Notes under the pieces: generated by a model
Database searches by the model: none
The model's input: only the letters and a program-made list of their open reading frames with translations
Told to the model about the DNA's origin: nothing
Shown here: piece after piece, positions 8,946 to 18,304 of the stretch
Position numbering within the stretch: the stretch's first letter is position 1
Layout: every line of letters begins with the position of its first letter
Program-made: the position numbers and the translations under genes
From: a virus
Lineage: Duplodnaviria > Caudoviricetes
Length of the DNA: 51,706 bases
Virus record (IMG/VR): IMGVR_UViG_3300030620_000008
Span: 1-51,706 of that record
Strand: one strand, 5' to 3'

Positions 8946-10127
8946 ATGGCTGTGAAAGGTATCTTTCTTTCTGATAGTGGCATTATCGGCGATCTTAAGC
9001 CTGATCTTGCCGGTGGTCTACTACAAACTGAACAAGCTGGCATGGCGCCGTTCTTCGCGCTTAGTGCCGGCATGAAATCACAGCCAATCAATTCATTGGC
9101 TGCAATTTGGTTTGAAGAGGCACATTTAACACGACGTGTCAATGTTGTAAATAACGCTACTACAGGTACGACTTTCACTGTTGATGATGGATCAGTTGTT
9201 CTACCAAATCAAGTTTGGATGGTGGAAACAACTGGTGAATATGTTTTTGTTACTGCCGTTGTTGGTGTTACTGTTACAGTTGAACGTGGATTTGCTGATA
9301 CTACTAATACAACTATTAACGGCAGTTCTACACCTGTTCCAATTCAACAGGTTGGTAATGCATTTGAGGAAGCATCTGCTAGGCCAAGTGGTTACTCAAA
9401 GCTTGGTTATCCTCGATACAACTATATTCAACGTTTCCGCACTCCTTGGGATGTTTCTCGTGATGTTCCAAAGCTTGACTTCCAAACAACTAACAACATG
9501 AAGGCAAAAAATCGTCGTGATGGCGCAATGATCCATGCTGAAGATATTGAATATTCATTGCATTTTGGTCGCAAGACTATTGACAAACGGAATGGTAAGC
9601 ATTTCAGTACCATGGACGGCCTTGATCCGATTATTATTACCAACGTTGAATCGCAATCAACTGCAGTTAAGTGGTCTCAACTACGCGATTTTGTTCAAAG
9701 CGTGCACACCGTAAATATTAAAGGTACGCCCAATGAACGTATTACATTCTGCGGCGACAGTGTGTTAAGTGTTGTTGATACACTTGCACAGACTTGGGGA
9801 AATATTCAGTTAGAACCTGGCGGCAGTGCTTTTGGTTTAAGGGTGACTAAGGTTATTACACCGTTTGGCACAATTATGTTGGTTTCTCACCCAATCTATA
9901 TCATGAACCCGGTTTGGAACAAACAGCTTACTATGTTTCATCCAGGTGCTGTTGTCATGCGGTGGTTCAGAACTACTGAAGAAGATACTTATGATGAAAA
10001 CGGCCAGCGCGCAGGCGTTGATGCCGATTTTGGTATCTTCACTTCTGTGCTAACAATGGAATATTTGGTCGAAAAGACCGCCGGTAAGTTTACCGGTATT
10101 GATACTGCGGATGTTGTTGATTTGTAA
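8946..10127 (+). CDS. Major capsid protein (SU10/DUF5309-like, HK97 fold expected)
   Basis: 393 aa; WFEE, GNAFEEAS, YNYIQRFRT, DIEYSLHFG, TMDGL, FGLRVTKVITPFG; SD GGAGA. Confidence 0.88.
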   Translation: MAVKGIFLSDSGIIGDLKPDLAGGLLQTEQAGMAPFFALSAGMKSQPINSLAAIWFEEAHLTRRVNVVNNATTGTTFTVDDGSVVLPNQVWMVETTGEYVFVTAVVGVTVTVERGFADTTNTTINGSSTPVPIQQVGNAFEEASARPSGYSKLGYPRYNYIQRFRTPWDVSRDVPKLDFQTTNNMKAKNRRDGAMIHAEDIEYSLHFGRKTIDKRNGKHFSTMDGLDPIIITNVESQSTAVKWSQLRDFVQSVHTVNIKGTPNERITFCGDSVLSVVDTLAQTWGNIQLEPGGSAFGLRVTKVITPFGTIMLVSHPIYIMNPVWNKQLTMFHPGAVVMRWFRTTEEDTYDENGQRAGVDADFGIFTSVLTMEYLVEKTAGKFTGIDTADVVDL

Positions 10128-10146
10128 TTCTGAGGAGGGCCTTAAA

Positions 10147-10536
10147 ATGTCTAAGTCTTATGTAGCAACAAAGGGTAGCGGAAAAATTAGTTTTCCGGAT
10201 GAGGGAGGTAAAACTTGTAAATATCAAGTAGTTGATGGTGTTTTAACTCTTGAAGATCGACACGCCGAATTATTTGATAAAATGTTAGCAAGCGGTGAAA
10301 GGTTTGATTTAAATCAAATGTATAGACCTTTTAATAGAGAAGCCGCTTTACAGATAGCTAAAGAGCATCAATCTAAGAAACCAGCCGCAATTGCCGGCGG
10401 AATGACTGCCGGTCATATGACTGAAATGATGATGTCGCCGGCACAACAAATTGCTAAGAGACTGGTTGATAAAGATAAAGAAACAAAAGAAACTGTGCTT
10501 GTTGAAAATAAAGCACCGTCAAACAATGAAAAATAA
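10147..10536 (+). CDS. Hypothetical protein following the capsid gene
   Basis: SD GAGGAGG before ATG at 10147. Confidence 0.7.
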   Translation: MSKSYVATKGSGKISFPDEGGKTCKYQVVDGVLTLEDRHAELFDKMLASGERFDLNQMYRPFNREAALQIAKEHQSKKPAAIAGGMTAGHMTEMMMSPAQQIAKRLVDKDKETKETVLVENKAPSNNEK

Positions 10537-11240
10537 TGTTCTCAGAAACTGTAGACAATGTACTAACACGTGTTCAGAGACTAGAGTTATTTACTAAAAG
10601 TAACGCAATTTCATACGTTAATTTTACATTAAAAGAATTATCATCTAAAAGATTATTTTACAGGGATAGAATAGAAAATTCTATAGACATTTCCGGCAAT
10701 TCAACTAATGCTTTTATTTGGGCGCGGCCAAAGAACTTTAGACAATTTGAAACAGTTAAATTTATACCAAGCCTTGTCTTTCCAAGACTAATTCCACCAG
10801 GCCCGCAGCAAGATAAAGAAGATCACTATTATTATGGCGGTTCAACTTATTTTGTATTTAACGGTGTGCAAGGTGAACAAAATATTAATTTATCTTATTT
10901 TGTATTTCCACCTACATTTAAATATTATGAACCTAATACTAGACCAGCTAAATTTGATAGAGAAACGGAGACTTGGTTATATTTAAATGAATTTAGTACA
11001 TACGTTCCCACGCTCCAGACAGAAGGTATGAATGAAACAGCTGAAGAACGTGTGTTTCATTGGTTATTATTAAGTTGGTCAGAATTAATAGAAGAAGGTG
11101 CGATGGCGAAAGCGTTAAAAAGTATAGATGATCCAAGAGCCAGATCAACATTTGCTGTGTTTAGAGATATGTTTAATACATTTACAAGTTCTGAACCGTT
11201 TGAAGGTAAAGAAATTAAGTTAATAGGAGAAAACGAATGA
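10536..11240 (+). CDS. Putative head-tail adaptor (tail tubular A-like)
   Basis: Position and size (234 aa); helical ends around a beta core. Confidence 0.55.
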   Translation: MFSETVDNVLTRVQRLELFTKSNAISYVNFTLKELSSKRLFYRDRIENSIDISGNSTNAFIWARPKNFRQFETVKFIPSLVFPRLIPPGPQQDKEDHYYYGGSTYFVFNGVQGEQNINLSYFVFPPTFKYYEPNTRPAKFDRETETWLYLNEFSTYVPTLQTEGMNETAEERVFHWLLLSWSELIEEGAMAKALKSIDDPRARSTFAVFRDMFNTFTSSEPFEGKEIKLIGENE

Positions 11241-11440
11241 GCTTAATTGCTAAAAAAATTAATCTAACTCCTCCGGCTGATATACAAATTAATCAGGAAA
11301 TGGTACGCTGGTTAATTGAGAATTTTGATAAAATTCGTGCAGTATTAAGTAATGGAATTAATGGAACATTTATTAGCAATGATGTACCAGCTAAAACTAT
11401 TACTGTCATTGCCGGCGTCATAACAAGCATAGAGGAGTGA
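11237..11440 (+). CDS. Small structural protein
   Basis: 67 aa; C-terminal GINGTF...KTITVIAGVIT fibre-tip-like motif. Confidence 0.65.
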   Translation: MSLIAKKINLTPPADIQINQEMVRWLIENFDKIRAVLSNGINGTFISNDVPAKTITVIAGVITSIEE

Positions 11441-11443
11441 CAG

Positions 11444-11938
11444 ATGCGTGGTGAGTTTACAATCTATCCAGGCACTAAAAAAGAATTAGTTATTCCTAAT
11501 TTTATTACAGATACAGGTGAGTTATCTTTTTTAAAAATGCTAATGCGTGATGATCAAGGTCTAGTTGCCGGCGGTGGAAATTGGTATTTTGGCTTGTGCG
11601 GTAATACAGTAGTTAATGAGACAGCAACACTGCCAGATGTTACTGATGAGGTTGCTGCGGCAAACGGTTATGTTAGACAACCCGTACCAAGAAGTTTAGC
11701 CGGTTGGCCAACTACAGAACAAGTGAATAGTGTTTATAGAATTGTATCAGCTGTATTTACTTTTACAGCAAGTGGCGGTGATTATGATAAAGCTTTTACT
11801 AGATTATTCTTAACTGATGTGGCATCTGGATTAACACCAGGATTTTTATTTGCCTTGTCACGTCCATTACTTGTTCCATTTTTATTAATAGATGGGCAAA
11901 ATTATCCTGCAACTTATTCTATTTATTTAGGTGATTAA
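11444..11938 (+). CDS. Beta-rich tail structural protein
   Basis: EVAAANGYVRQPV...FTFTASGG motif typical of small tail proteins; SD GAGGAG. Confidence 0.65.
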   Translation: MRGEFTIYPGTKKELVIPNFITDTGELSFLKMLMRDDQGLVAGGGNWYFGLCGNTVVNETATLPDVTDEVAAANGYVRQPVPRSLAGWPTTEQVNSVYRIVSAVFTFTASGGDYDKAFTRLFLTDVASGLTPGFLFALSRPLLVPFLLIDGQNYPATYSIYLGD

Positions 11939-11941
11939 CTG

Positions 11942-13861
11942 ATGGCTTTAATTATAAATCAATTTCGTGGTTTAATTCCAAGCTTAAGTCGTCAACAGGT
12001 TCAAGAACCGTTTGTCATTGACGGTAAGAATTTTATTTTTGCAACGCAAGGGCCAAGAACTGCTTTTGGTAGCGATATTTATATTTATGAGAGATTATAC
12101 AGACCTCGTTATATACAAAGTATTAAAGTCGGGCAGGAATATTTTTTATTTACTGATAATGGTATATTAATCATAGATAGCGCTAATAATAGATATGCTC
12201 CGTTTTATCATCTTCCGATTAATCAAACATATTTTCCTTGGTCCATCGCATTTGTAGCTAATAGATATTATTTTGCAAAAAAGAATAGTCCGCTATTACA
12301 ATATAATCCATTAACAGGTAGTATTATAGTTATGGATGATCCAAATATTCCGGCTAATCCAGTCGCTGTCACACAATCTGGCGGCCGTCTGATTATATTG
12401 GGTATAGCTGCAATTGCTTGGTCAGCTATAGATGATGGCGAAGATTTAGCTCCAGATGCTGAAGGTACCGGTGCCGGATTTCAATTAACGGCAATTGCTG
12501 GCGGCGGCAATCCATTAGCTGCTAAAGAAGTTGTTGGCGGATTTATTACTTATTTAGAAAATGGTATATTATTCTCCAGATTAATTGACGCGGCTATTCC
12601 ATTTCATCACACTGTAATATCTTCTGAAACCGTACCACTTAATCCATTTTGTATTGCAGATATCAGTAAACAAAATCATATTGTTCTCAGTAGAATTGGT
12701 TTTTTTTCTGTTTTAAATATTACACCTGAACCGTGGCAACCATTAATGAGCGAGCATTTTAAGGAAACTATTTTTAAAAACGTCAATACTAATATAGATG
12801 AAAATTATAGATTATTCTATGATACAAAACGTCAACTATTATTCATATCTTGGCGGCAAGGTGCTGAAATTTTTGATAAATCATTTGTTATTTATATACC
12901 ACGGGATGAATTTGGTTCATTTGATTATTTACACTATTCATTAATGAATTTTCCTCCACATATTAGTACTATCGCAGAAGATGATTTAGTTTATTTGGAT
13001 CACGATAGATACGCCAGGAAAATAACCGAGTTTGGAAACTTTGAAATTTTTTCTCGGCGAGCCAATTTATATGCACAACGCGGTATCACTGATGAACATT
13101 CTGCATATTTTGACGGTGTAACTAATAATTTTAGTACGGTTATAAAAATAAGCACTATTGACTTTTCTCGTGAAGTATTACCCAATAATACTATATATAA
13201 CTTGAATAAAGAAATAGAAACCGTTGATGATGATTTAGAAATTGTTAAACTTTATACTTTTATCGAGTCGAATCAACAATCTACTGACGGTTTATTTTTC
13301 TCAGACGGTTTTGGAAGTTTTGATCAGGCCGCTTTTGAAACCGCGGTGGGTATGTTAGCCGGCTTTTCTACTTATCAAGTTATTCAACACTTACGTGAAT
13401 ACGCGTTTGTTGATAGTTTTGTTGAATTAGGCGTATTTAGATTACAAGACCCACAAGCTGTTGGTCGTTATCATGCGCAAACATTAATAGCAATTAATAG
13501 CAGTGATCAAGTCTCAGAACAAACTTTTATCGACTGGTTAACTATTGAAGGTGATGATATTAACGAAGATTGGAATATACTTGATGAAGAAGAAGATTGG
13601 GGAGAAGGTGTTACTACAGGTAGTAGATTTTTTGTAGAATTACATGCTTCAAACGATGCGTATAATTTGATTAATCAAGATGGCGGACTTTTTAAAACTA
13701 CGGAATTAATTCCAATTATTGTAGATGGTCGAAGAACTTTATATACTACGTATGAAAATGCTTTATATTTAAGTCTTAAAATAAAAACAAAAGACCCCGG
13801 CGATTATTTTGAGATAAAACAAATAGAGATGGAAACTCCTGTAGCTGGAAGGCAATCTTAA
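11942..13861 (+). CDS. Putative tail nozzle / DNA-stabilisation protein
   Basis: 639 aa; N-terminal FRGL; beta-propeller-like segments (GGRLIILG..IAWSAIDD); position in the tail module. Confidence 0.6.
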   Translation: MALIINQFRGLIPSLSRQQVQEPFVIDGKNFIFATQGPRTAFGSDIYIYERLYRPRYIQSIKVGQEYFLFTDNGILIIDSANNRYAPFYHLPINQTYFPWSIAFVANRYYFAKKNSPLLQYNPLTGSIIVMDDPNIPANPVAVTQSGGRLIILGIAAIAWSAIDDGEDLAPDAEGTGAGFQLTAIAGGGNPLAAKEVVGGFITYLENGILFSRLIDAAIPFHHTVISSETVPLNPFCIADISKQNHIVLSRIGFFSVLNITPEPWQPLMSEHFKETIFKNVNTNIDENYRLFYDTKRQLLFISWRQGAEIFDKSFVIYIPRDEFGSFDYLHYSLMNFPPHISTIAEDDLVYLDHDRYARKITEFGNFEIFSRRANLYAQRGITDEHSAYFDGVTNNFSTVIKISTIDFSREVLPNNTIYNLNKEIETVDDDLEIVKLYTFIESNQQSTDGLFFSDGFGSFDQAAFETAVGMLAGFSTYQVIQHLREYAFVDSFVELGVFRLQDPQAVGRYHAQTLIAINSSDQVSEQTFIDWLTIEGDDINEDWNILDEEEDWGEGVTTGSRFFVELHASNDAYNLINQDGGLFKTTELIPIIVDGRRTLYTTYENALYLSLKIKTKDPGDYFEIKQIEMETPVAGRQS

Positions 13862-14551
13862 ATGACTAAGCGAGTTCAACGCATTAGGCATAATACAACT
13901 GGTGCTGATGCATTTATTGGTCGTGATGGTGAAATAACTGTTGATACTACTAAGAAAACTTTAAGAGTTCATGATGGACTTACGGCGGGTGGTGTAGAAG
14001 CTGCGCGGGCTGATCTAGGTAATGTCTTATCAAGTCAAATCACTAATCTGGTATCTATTGTATCAAGTAGTGCGGCGGGTAAAGTAACACCTGCACAACT
14101 AGCGGAATTTCAAGGTAATTTAAAACCATTGGGATTAGTTTATTTAGAAGATGCGGCAGGACCGACTTTAGATTTTGGTTCTCCTGGTATTATTCCAATT
14201 AACGGTACGCCATTATATAATGTAAACTCAATAATAGATACTGCAAATAATAAAGTTGTCATACCGAGCGACGTAACTAAAGTTCGTTTAACTGTACAAT
14301 TATCACTTGAAGTTACAGCTAATGCAAACTTACTTGTTTTATTTACTAAAAATGCTGATATATCATTGAAATACGGACAATACGGACCTGCCGGTGCACA
14401 ACCATCAGAACAATCAACAAATATTCAATTTTCATCACCGATATTACCTGTAGTTATTAGTGATTTCTTTGAAATTAGACACATTCCTTCATCAAGTACA
14501 GCATTTGCTTTGATTATGAACCAATCATGGCTTCAAGTTGAAGGGTTGTAA
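13862..14551 (+). CDS. Tail fibre/adaptor with an Mtd_N-like N-terminal domain
   Basis: N-terminus VQRIRH..GADAFIGRDGEITVDTTKKTLRVHDGLTAGG. Confidence 0.75.
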   Translation: MTKRVQRIRHNTTGADAFIGRDGEITVDTTKKTLRVHDGLTAGGVEAARADLGNVLSSQITNLVSIVSSSAAGKVTPAQLAEFQGNLKPLGLVYLEDAAGPTLDFGSPGIIPINGTPLYNVNSIIDTANNKVVIPSDVTKVRLTVQLSLEVTANANLLVLFTKNADISLKYGQYGPAGAQPSEQSTNIQFSSPILPVVISDFFEIRHIPSSSTAFALIMNQSWLQVEGL

Positions 14552-14553
14552 CA

Positions 14554-16629
14554 ATGACGCTTGATCTTACATGGCTTGTTGATAGAATACCGCTAGATAA
14601 AACTAGACTAAAGGCTGTATTACAGGAAATATCTGATTTTATAGATAGTGGTGAAGGCGCAGGTGGGGTAACTAGTCATAGTCTGTTAGATAATTTACTT
14701 AGTGATGATCATACACAATATATATTAGTAGACGGCGCAAGAGGATTTACAGGCGTTGTCCCCGGCATTACTCCTACCGATCCTACACATTTAGTTACTA
14801 AAGCTTATGCAGATGCTTTAGTTATTGGCGGCCATGATCCTGTTACTTTAGCTGGAACACCTGATTATTTATCAATCGCGGGTCAAGTTATTACATTGGG
14901 ATTAGTCGATCTTACTACAGATGTTGTCGGCAATCTGCCGGTTGGAAATCTAGCCGGCGGCACTAGTGCAGGTGCTACAACATTTTGGCGCGGTGATGGT
15001 ACTTGGGCAATACCGAGCGTAACTTTCTTAGTATTAACCGATACTCCATCTTCATTTACCGGACACGGAAATAAAATTGTTGCTGTAAATGTCGGTGAAA
15101 CCGCACTTGAATTTATTGCCGTACCTGGCGGCGGTGATATGCTTGCGTCTGTTTATGATCCGCAAGCAAAGGCTGCTGATGCTTTCGCCCGCGCTAATCA
15201 TACTGGCACACAGGCAGCTAATACTATTGATGAATTTAATCTAGTTAGTCCTCAAAACAATGATGTATTAGCGTTTGATACAGGTTCTGGTAAAGGCGTT
15301 TGGCAAAATCCTGTTGAAGCTGGCTTAGCTACTGCGGTACAAGGTGATAAAGCTGATACCGCATTGCAACCAAGTGGAATTACATCTGCTAGTATTATAC
15401 CAGCTACAAACAATTTAAACTTTTCTGGCGGTGCTGATGGTAATGTTTGGACTAAGCAAGCTGATGGCTCTGTCGCATTTGAAGGCGCAGGAGCACACAC
15501 CCACGCGTTAGCTGATATTACTGATGCAGGTTTGTTGGCCGCGAAGGATACGGTAGACACTGATGATATCGAAGCTAGTGCAATCACAGCAGCAAAGATA
15601 GCCGATACGGCGGTCACACCTGGCGACTATACCAACTCTAATATTACCGTGGATCAACAAGGTCGGATTACGGCGGCGACTTCGGGCTCGGGTGGCGGAG
15701 AGGCCATTAATCGAACAGGTTTTGACCCTACCGCAGTTTTGATCGATGCTGCTCAGATTATCTTCACGGATACCTATACTCAAACGGCAGCTATCCCTTG
15801 GGCGAAAGCCGCTGGAAGTAATTTTAATGGTGGCAGCGTTCAGATTGACTTTGTGGCGAATGATGCCGGTTCTGGTGTTTCTGATGTGCACACTTGGGGC
15901 GCAGAGTTTATTGATGGTGGTACCCGAGACAACGCCGACTTGCCAACTACGTTTGTTGCTGGTCGGCAAACGATGCTCTTTATCTATGAAGAGACGGACA
16001 ACGTTATTGCAGTTTATTTTGCGGGCGTTCTTGCTCCAACTATAGTCGCCAGCACATCTACGACGGAGACGCTCGGCTTAACATTCCAGCTCCACCGTAG
16101 CGTCACTTACGTAAGCCACGCTGCGAGTGTAGACTGGACTGTCCCGGCGGCAGCTCCGGCCGGCTCACTCTGGTTGATCAAGCCGGAACATGATGGTTCG
16201 TTCGTAAGCGTTGCTGGTGACGTCGGCAGTGTGAATGGTACGGCCGGGGGCACGGCACGGCTTGTTAATGGTGGGCGCGGTTATGTGTGGGTGCGATCAA
16301 ACGCGGGCTCGGCACCAGTCGTCGAGGTATTCGGTGAGATAATCGCGGCACCTACCGTCACGGCTGGCGCAAAGACTTATGACAATGATGACTACGGATT
16401 GACGGTTGAAATTACTGCCGCAGGCACTCAGACTTTTGGTGCCGCAGCAGGCTTCACCAGCGGATTTTTCGTTAACATCTTCAATATCACCACTGCTGCC
16501 GTCTTGATTGATGGAGTAGACGCTGATCATTCGTTGCCTGCTAACGGTGCTGTTACGGCAATGAGGCACAGTGATGGCTCGCTCCGTGTGTATGGCGCCG
16601 GTGGCAACACCATCTTGGATGCATTGTGA
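14554..16629 (+). CDS. Tail fibre protein
   Basis: Fibre motifs TTFWRGDGTW, LTDTPSSF, ARANHTGTQ, HTHALADITD, ITVDQQGRITAA. Confidence 0.85.
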   Translation: MTLDLTWLVDRIPLDKTRLKAVLQEISDFIDSGEGAGGVTSHSLLDNLLSDDHTQYILVDGARGFTGVVPGITPTDPTHLVTKAYADALVIGGHDPVTLAGTPDYLSIAGQVITLGLVDLTTDVVGNLPVGNLAGGTSAGATTFWRGDGTWAIPSVTFLVLTDTPSSFTGHGNKIVAVNVGETALEFIAVPGGGDMLASVYDPQAKAADAFARANHTGTQAANTIDEFNLVSPQNNDVLAFDTGSGKGVWQNPVEAGLATAVQGDKADTALQPSGITSASIIPATNNLNFSGGADGNVWTKQADGSVAFEGAGAHTHALADITDAGLLAAKDTVDTDDIEASAITAAKIADTAVTPGDYTNSNITVDQQGRITAATSGSGGGEAINRTGFDPTAVLIDAAQIIFTDTYTQTAAIPWAKAAGSNFNGGSVQIDFVANDAGSGVSDVHTWGAEFIDGGTRDNADLPTTFVAGRQTMLFIYEETDNVIAVYFAGVLAPTIVASTSTTETLGLTFQLHRSVTYVSHAASVDWTVPAAAPAGSLWLIKPEHDGSFVSVAGDVGSVNGTAGGTARLVNGGRGYVWVRSNAGSAPVVEVFGEIIAAPTVTAGAKTYDNDDYGLTVEITAAGTQTFGAAAGFTSGFFVNIFNITTAAVLIDGVDADHSLPANGAVTAMRHSDGSLRVYGAGGNTILDAL

Positions 16630-17291
16630 TGCCTATTTTCCCCGGCATACTGGCATCCTCAGATGGCTGGCTCCGCGAATATTTGATGGACGAGGGATCG
16701 GGCACGATTGTTGCTGATACAAAGAGCGGGCAAGATGGCGCGTTTGGCGCAGACCCTCCTTCCTGGTCAGGCGGCAGCGTGCTATTCGATGGCGTTGACG
16801 ACTTTATTAACATCCCCTCTGGTGGTCTTCCAGGAGGAAATGCATCACTTACTATGTGTGCCACTTTCAAAAAGACGGCCAGTGGTGACGGCGGTATTGT
16901 CCAATACTCTAATTCTGGCTCGACCCGGCGTCGGCCATCAATATGGGCACTTACGAACACCAACTTGACCTTTGTTGTTAATGGCGATGATTTGTCCGTT
17001 ACTACATCGGACTATCAAGATGTGGACATATTTGCCTCATGGCGATACAACGCCGTAACACTTGAACTATTTGGGGCGAGCGCCACTTTAGGCGCAAGCG
17101 GCAGCAAGATACTCGGCGCTGCACCCGATTGGTCGCCATCAGGCGCGTTGATCGGAGCATTGGCGGATAACTTCTTCCCCGGCCTTATATACTATATTTC
17201 GATCCACAATCGCTTCTTGAGCGATGATGAATTAGCCGATCATTATACTTACGTACAAGGACTTATGACCGCCAGGAGCATTACCGTATGA
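16626..17291 (+). CDS. LamG/concanavalin A-like lectin-domain protein
   Basis: YLMDEGSGTIVAD, FDGVDDFI, FPGLIYYISIHNRFLS. Confidence 0.8.
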   Translation: MMPIFPGILASSDGWLREYLMDEGSGTIVADTKSGQDGAFGADPPSWSGGSVLFDGVDDFINIPSGGLPGGNASLTMCATFKKTASGDGGIVQYSNSGSTRRRPSIWALTNTNLTFVVNGDDLSVTTSDYQDVDIFASWRYNAVTLELFGASATLGASGSKILGAAPDWSPSGALIGALADNFFPGLIYYISIHNRFLSDDELADHYTYVQGLMTARSITV

Positions 17292-18304
17292 ACTTAATTA
17301 CGACATCAGCGCGCGGCAGAGCCTATCGCGGGCACCGCACTCGCGCTGCGCACTTGGAGTTCAGGCCACCTCATATGGTGGACCCGTACATTTATCAAGC
17401 GGCGGCCGGAGAGTTTGTATTTCCTGTATCGGCTGAATTGACGGCGGGCCGGGCGTATATTGGCAGCGACGGCAATCGATACTTCAATAAAGACCTTGAT
17501 GTCATAATCTTGATGCCGACGACCGCTCTTACAGTCGGCGTAACAGTTCGGGGTGGGCGCCATATTCGAACGATTGGAGGTAAGGTTACGGTTCCTATCG
17601 GCGCGTCAGCAGGTATGTCATTTGGGGAGCAAACCGGCTCAGTGTTTTGTGAAGGTGCCCACGTTGATTGTGATGGGCAGGAAGCAGATGGGATCGTTAC
17701 GCGGTTCAATGGCACCATTGCCACAGAAGAAGGGTTTGGAATAACTCAACATCCGGGCATTACTCTTCAGCACTGCTTAATCGAAAAGGTTGACAATCTT
17801 AATAGCTTTCACGGTGACGGTTATCAGATGCAAAGCCCAATTGACCGAGTTGATATGGAAAATGTGACTATTGAGAGTGCCTATCAAGGCATGTTCCTTC
17901 TTAATAATGGCGACCCTAACGACATCGGCCCTTCTCCAGATGGCGTGATTCTCCGAAACGTCAACCTCTACCATTATGGGGATGGCTTGCAGACACACTT
18001 TTGGGGCATCTGGCTTCACAACGGAACAACCGAGCGAACCACTGATCTCTATCCTGTTCGGTTCGACAATGTGTGGGTTGATGATAGTCCTGGTATGGAC
18101 TGGGAAGACGTCGCAACGGTCCCAAACGAAACTAATACATGGGGACCGTTAATGCAGACAGACGCAACCAGCGACTATTTCGCGTTCGACGGACTTAGCC
18201 TGGATATCACTGGTAACGTGCGCCGGGGCACGCCGCCGAGCGGAAACTTCGTGGTCGCCGCAACGTGTGGTCTTAACTATGTTAGTCCTTGGCCATTGCT
18301 ATGA
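17288..18304 (+). CDS. Beta-helix (pectin-lyase-like) protein, candidate depolymerase
   Basis: Beta-helix rung pattern ITLQHCLI, HGDGYQ, VDMENVTI, VILRNVNL, VRFDNVWV. Confidence 0.65.
   Translation: MNLITTSARGRAYRGHRTRAAHLEFRPPHMVDPYIYQAAAGEFVFPVSAELTAGRAYIGSDGNRYFNKDLDVIILMPTTALTVGVTVRGGRHIRTIGGKVTVPIGASAGMSFGEQTGSVFCEGAHVDCDGQEADGIVTRFNGTIATEEGFGITQHPGITLQHCLIEKVDNLNSFHGDGYQMQSPIDRVDMENVTIESAYQGMFLLNNGDPNDIGPSPDGVILRNVNLYHYGDGLQTHFWGIWLHNGTTERTTDLYPVRFDNVWVDDSPGMDWEDVATVPNETNTWGPLMQTDATSDYFAFDGLSLDITGNVRRGTPPSGNFVVAATCGLNYVSPWPLL

Noticed and set aside
13862-14551. Diversity-generating retroelement suggested by the Mtd_N-like domain
   Set aside because: No reverse transcriptase ORF and no template/variable repeat pair seen
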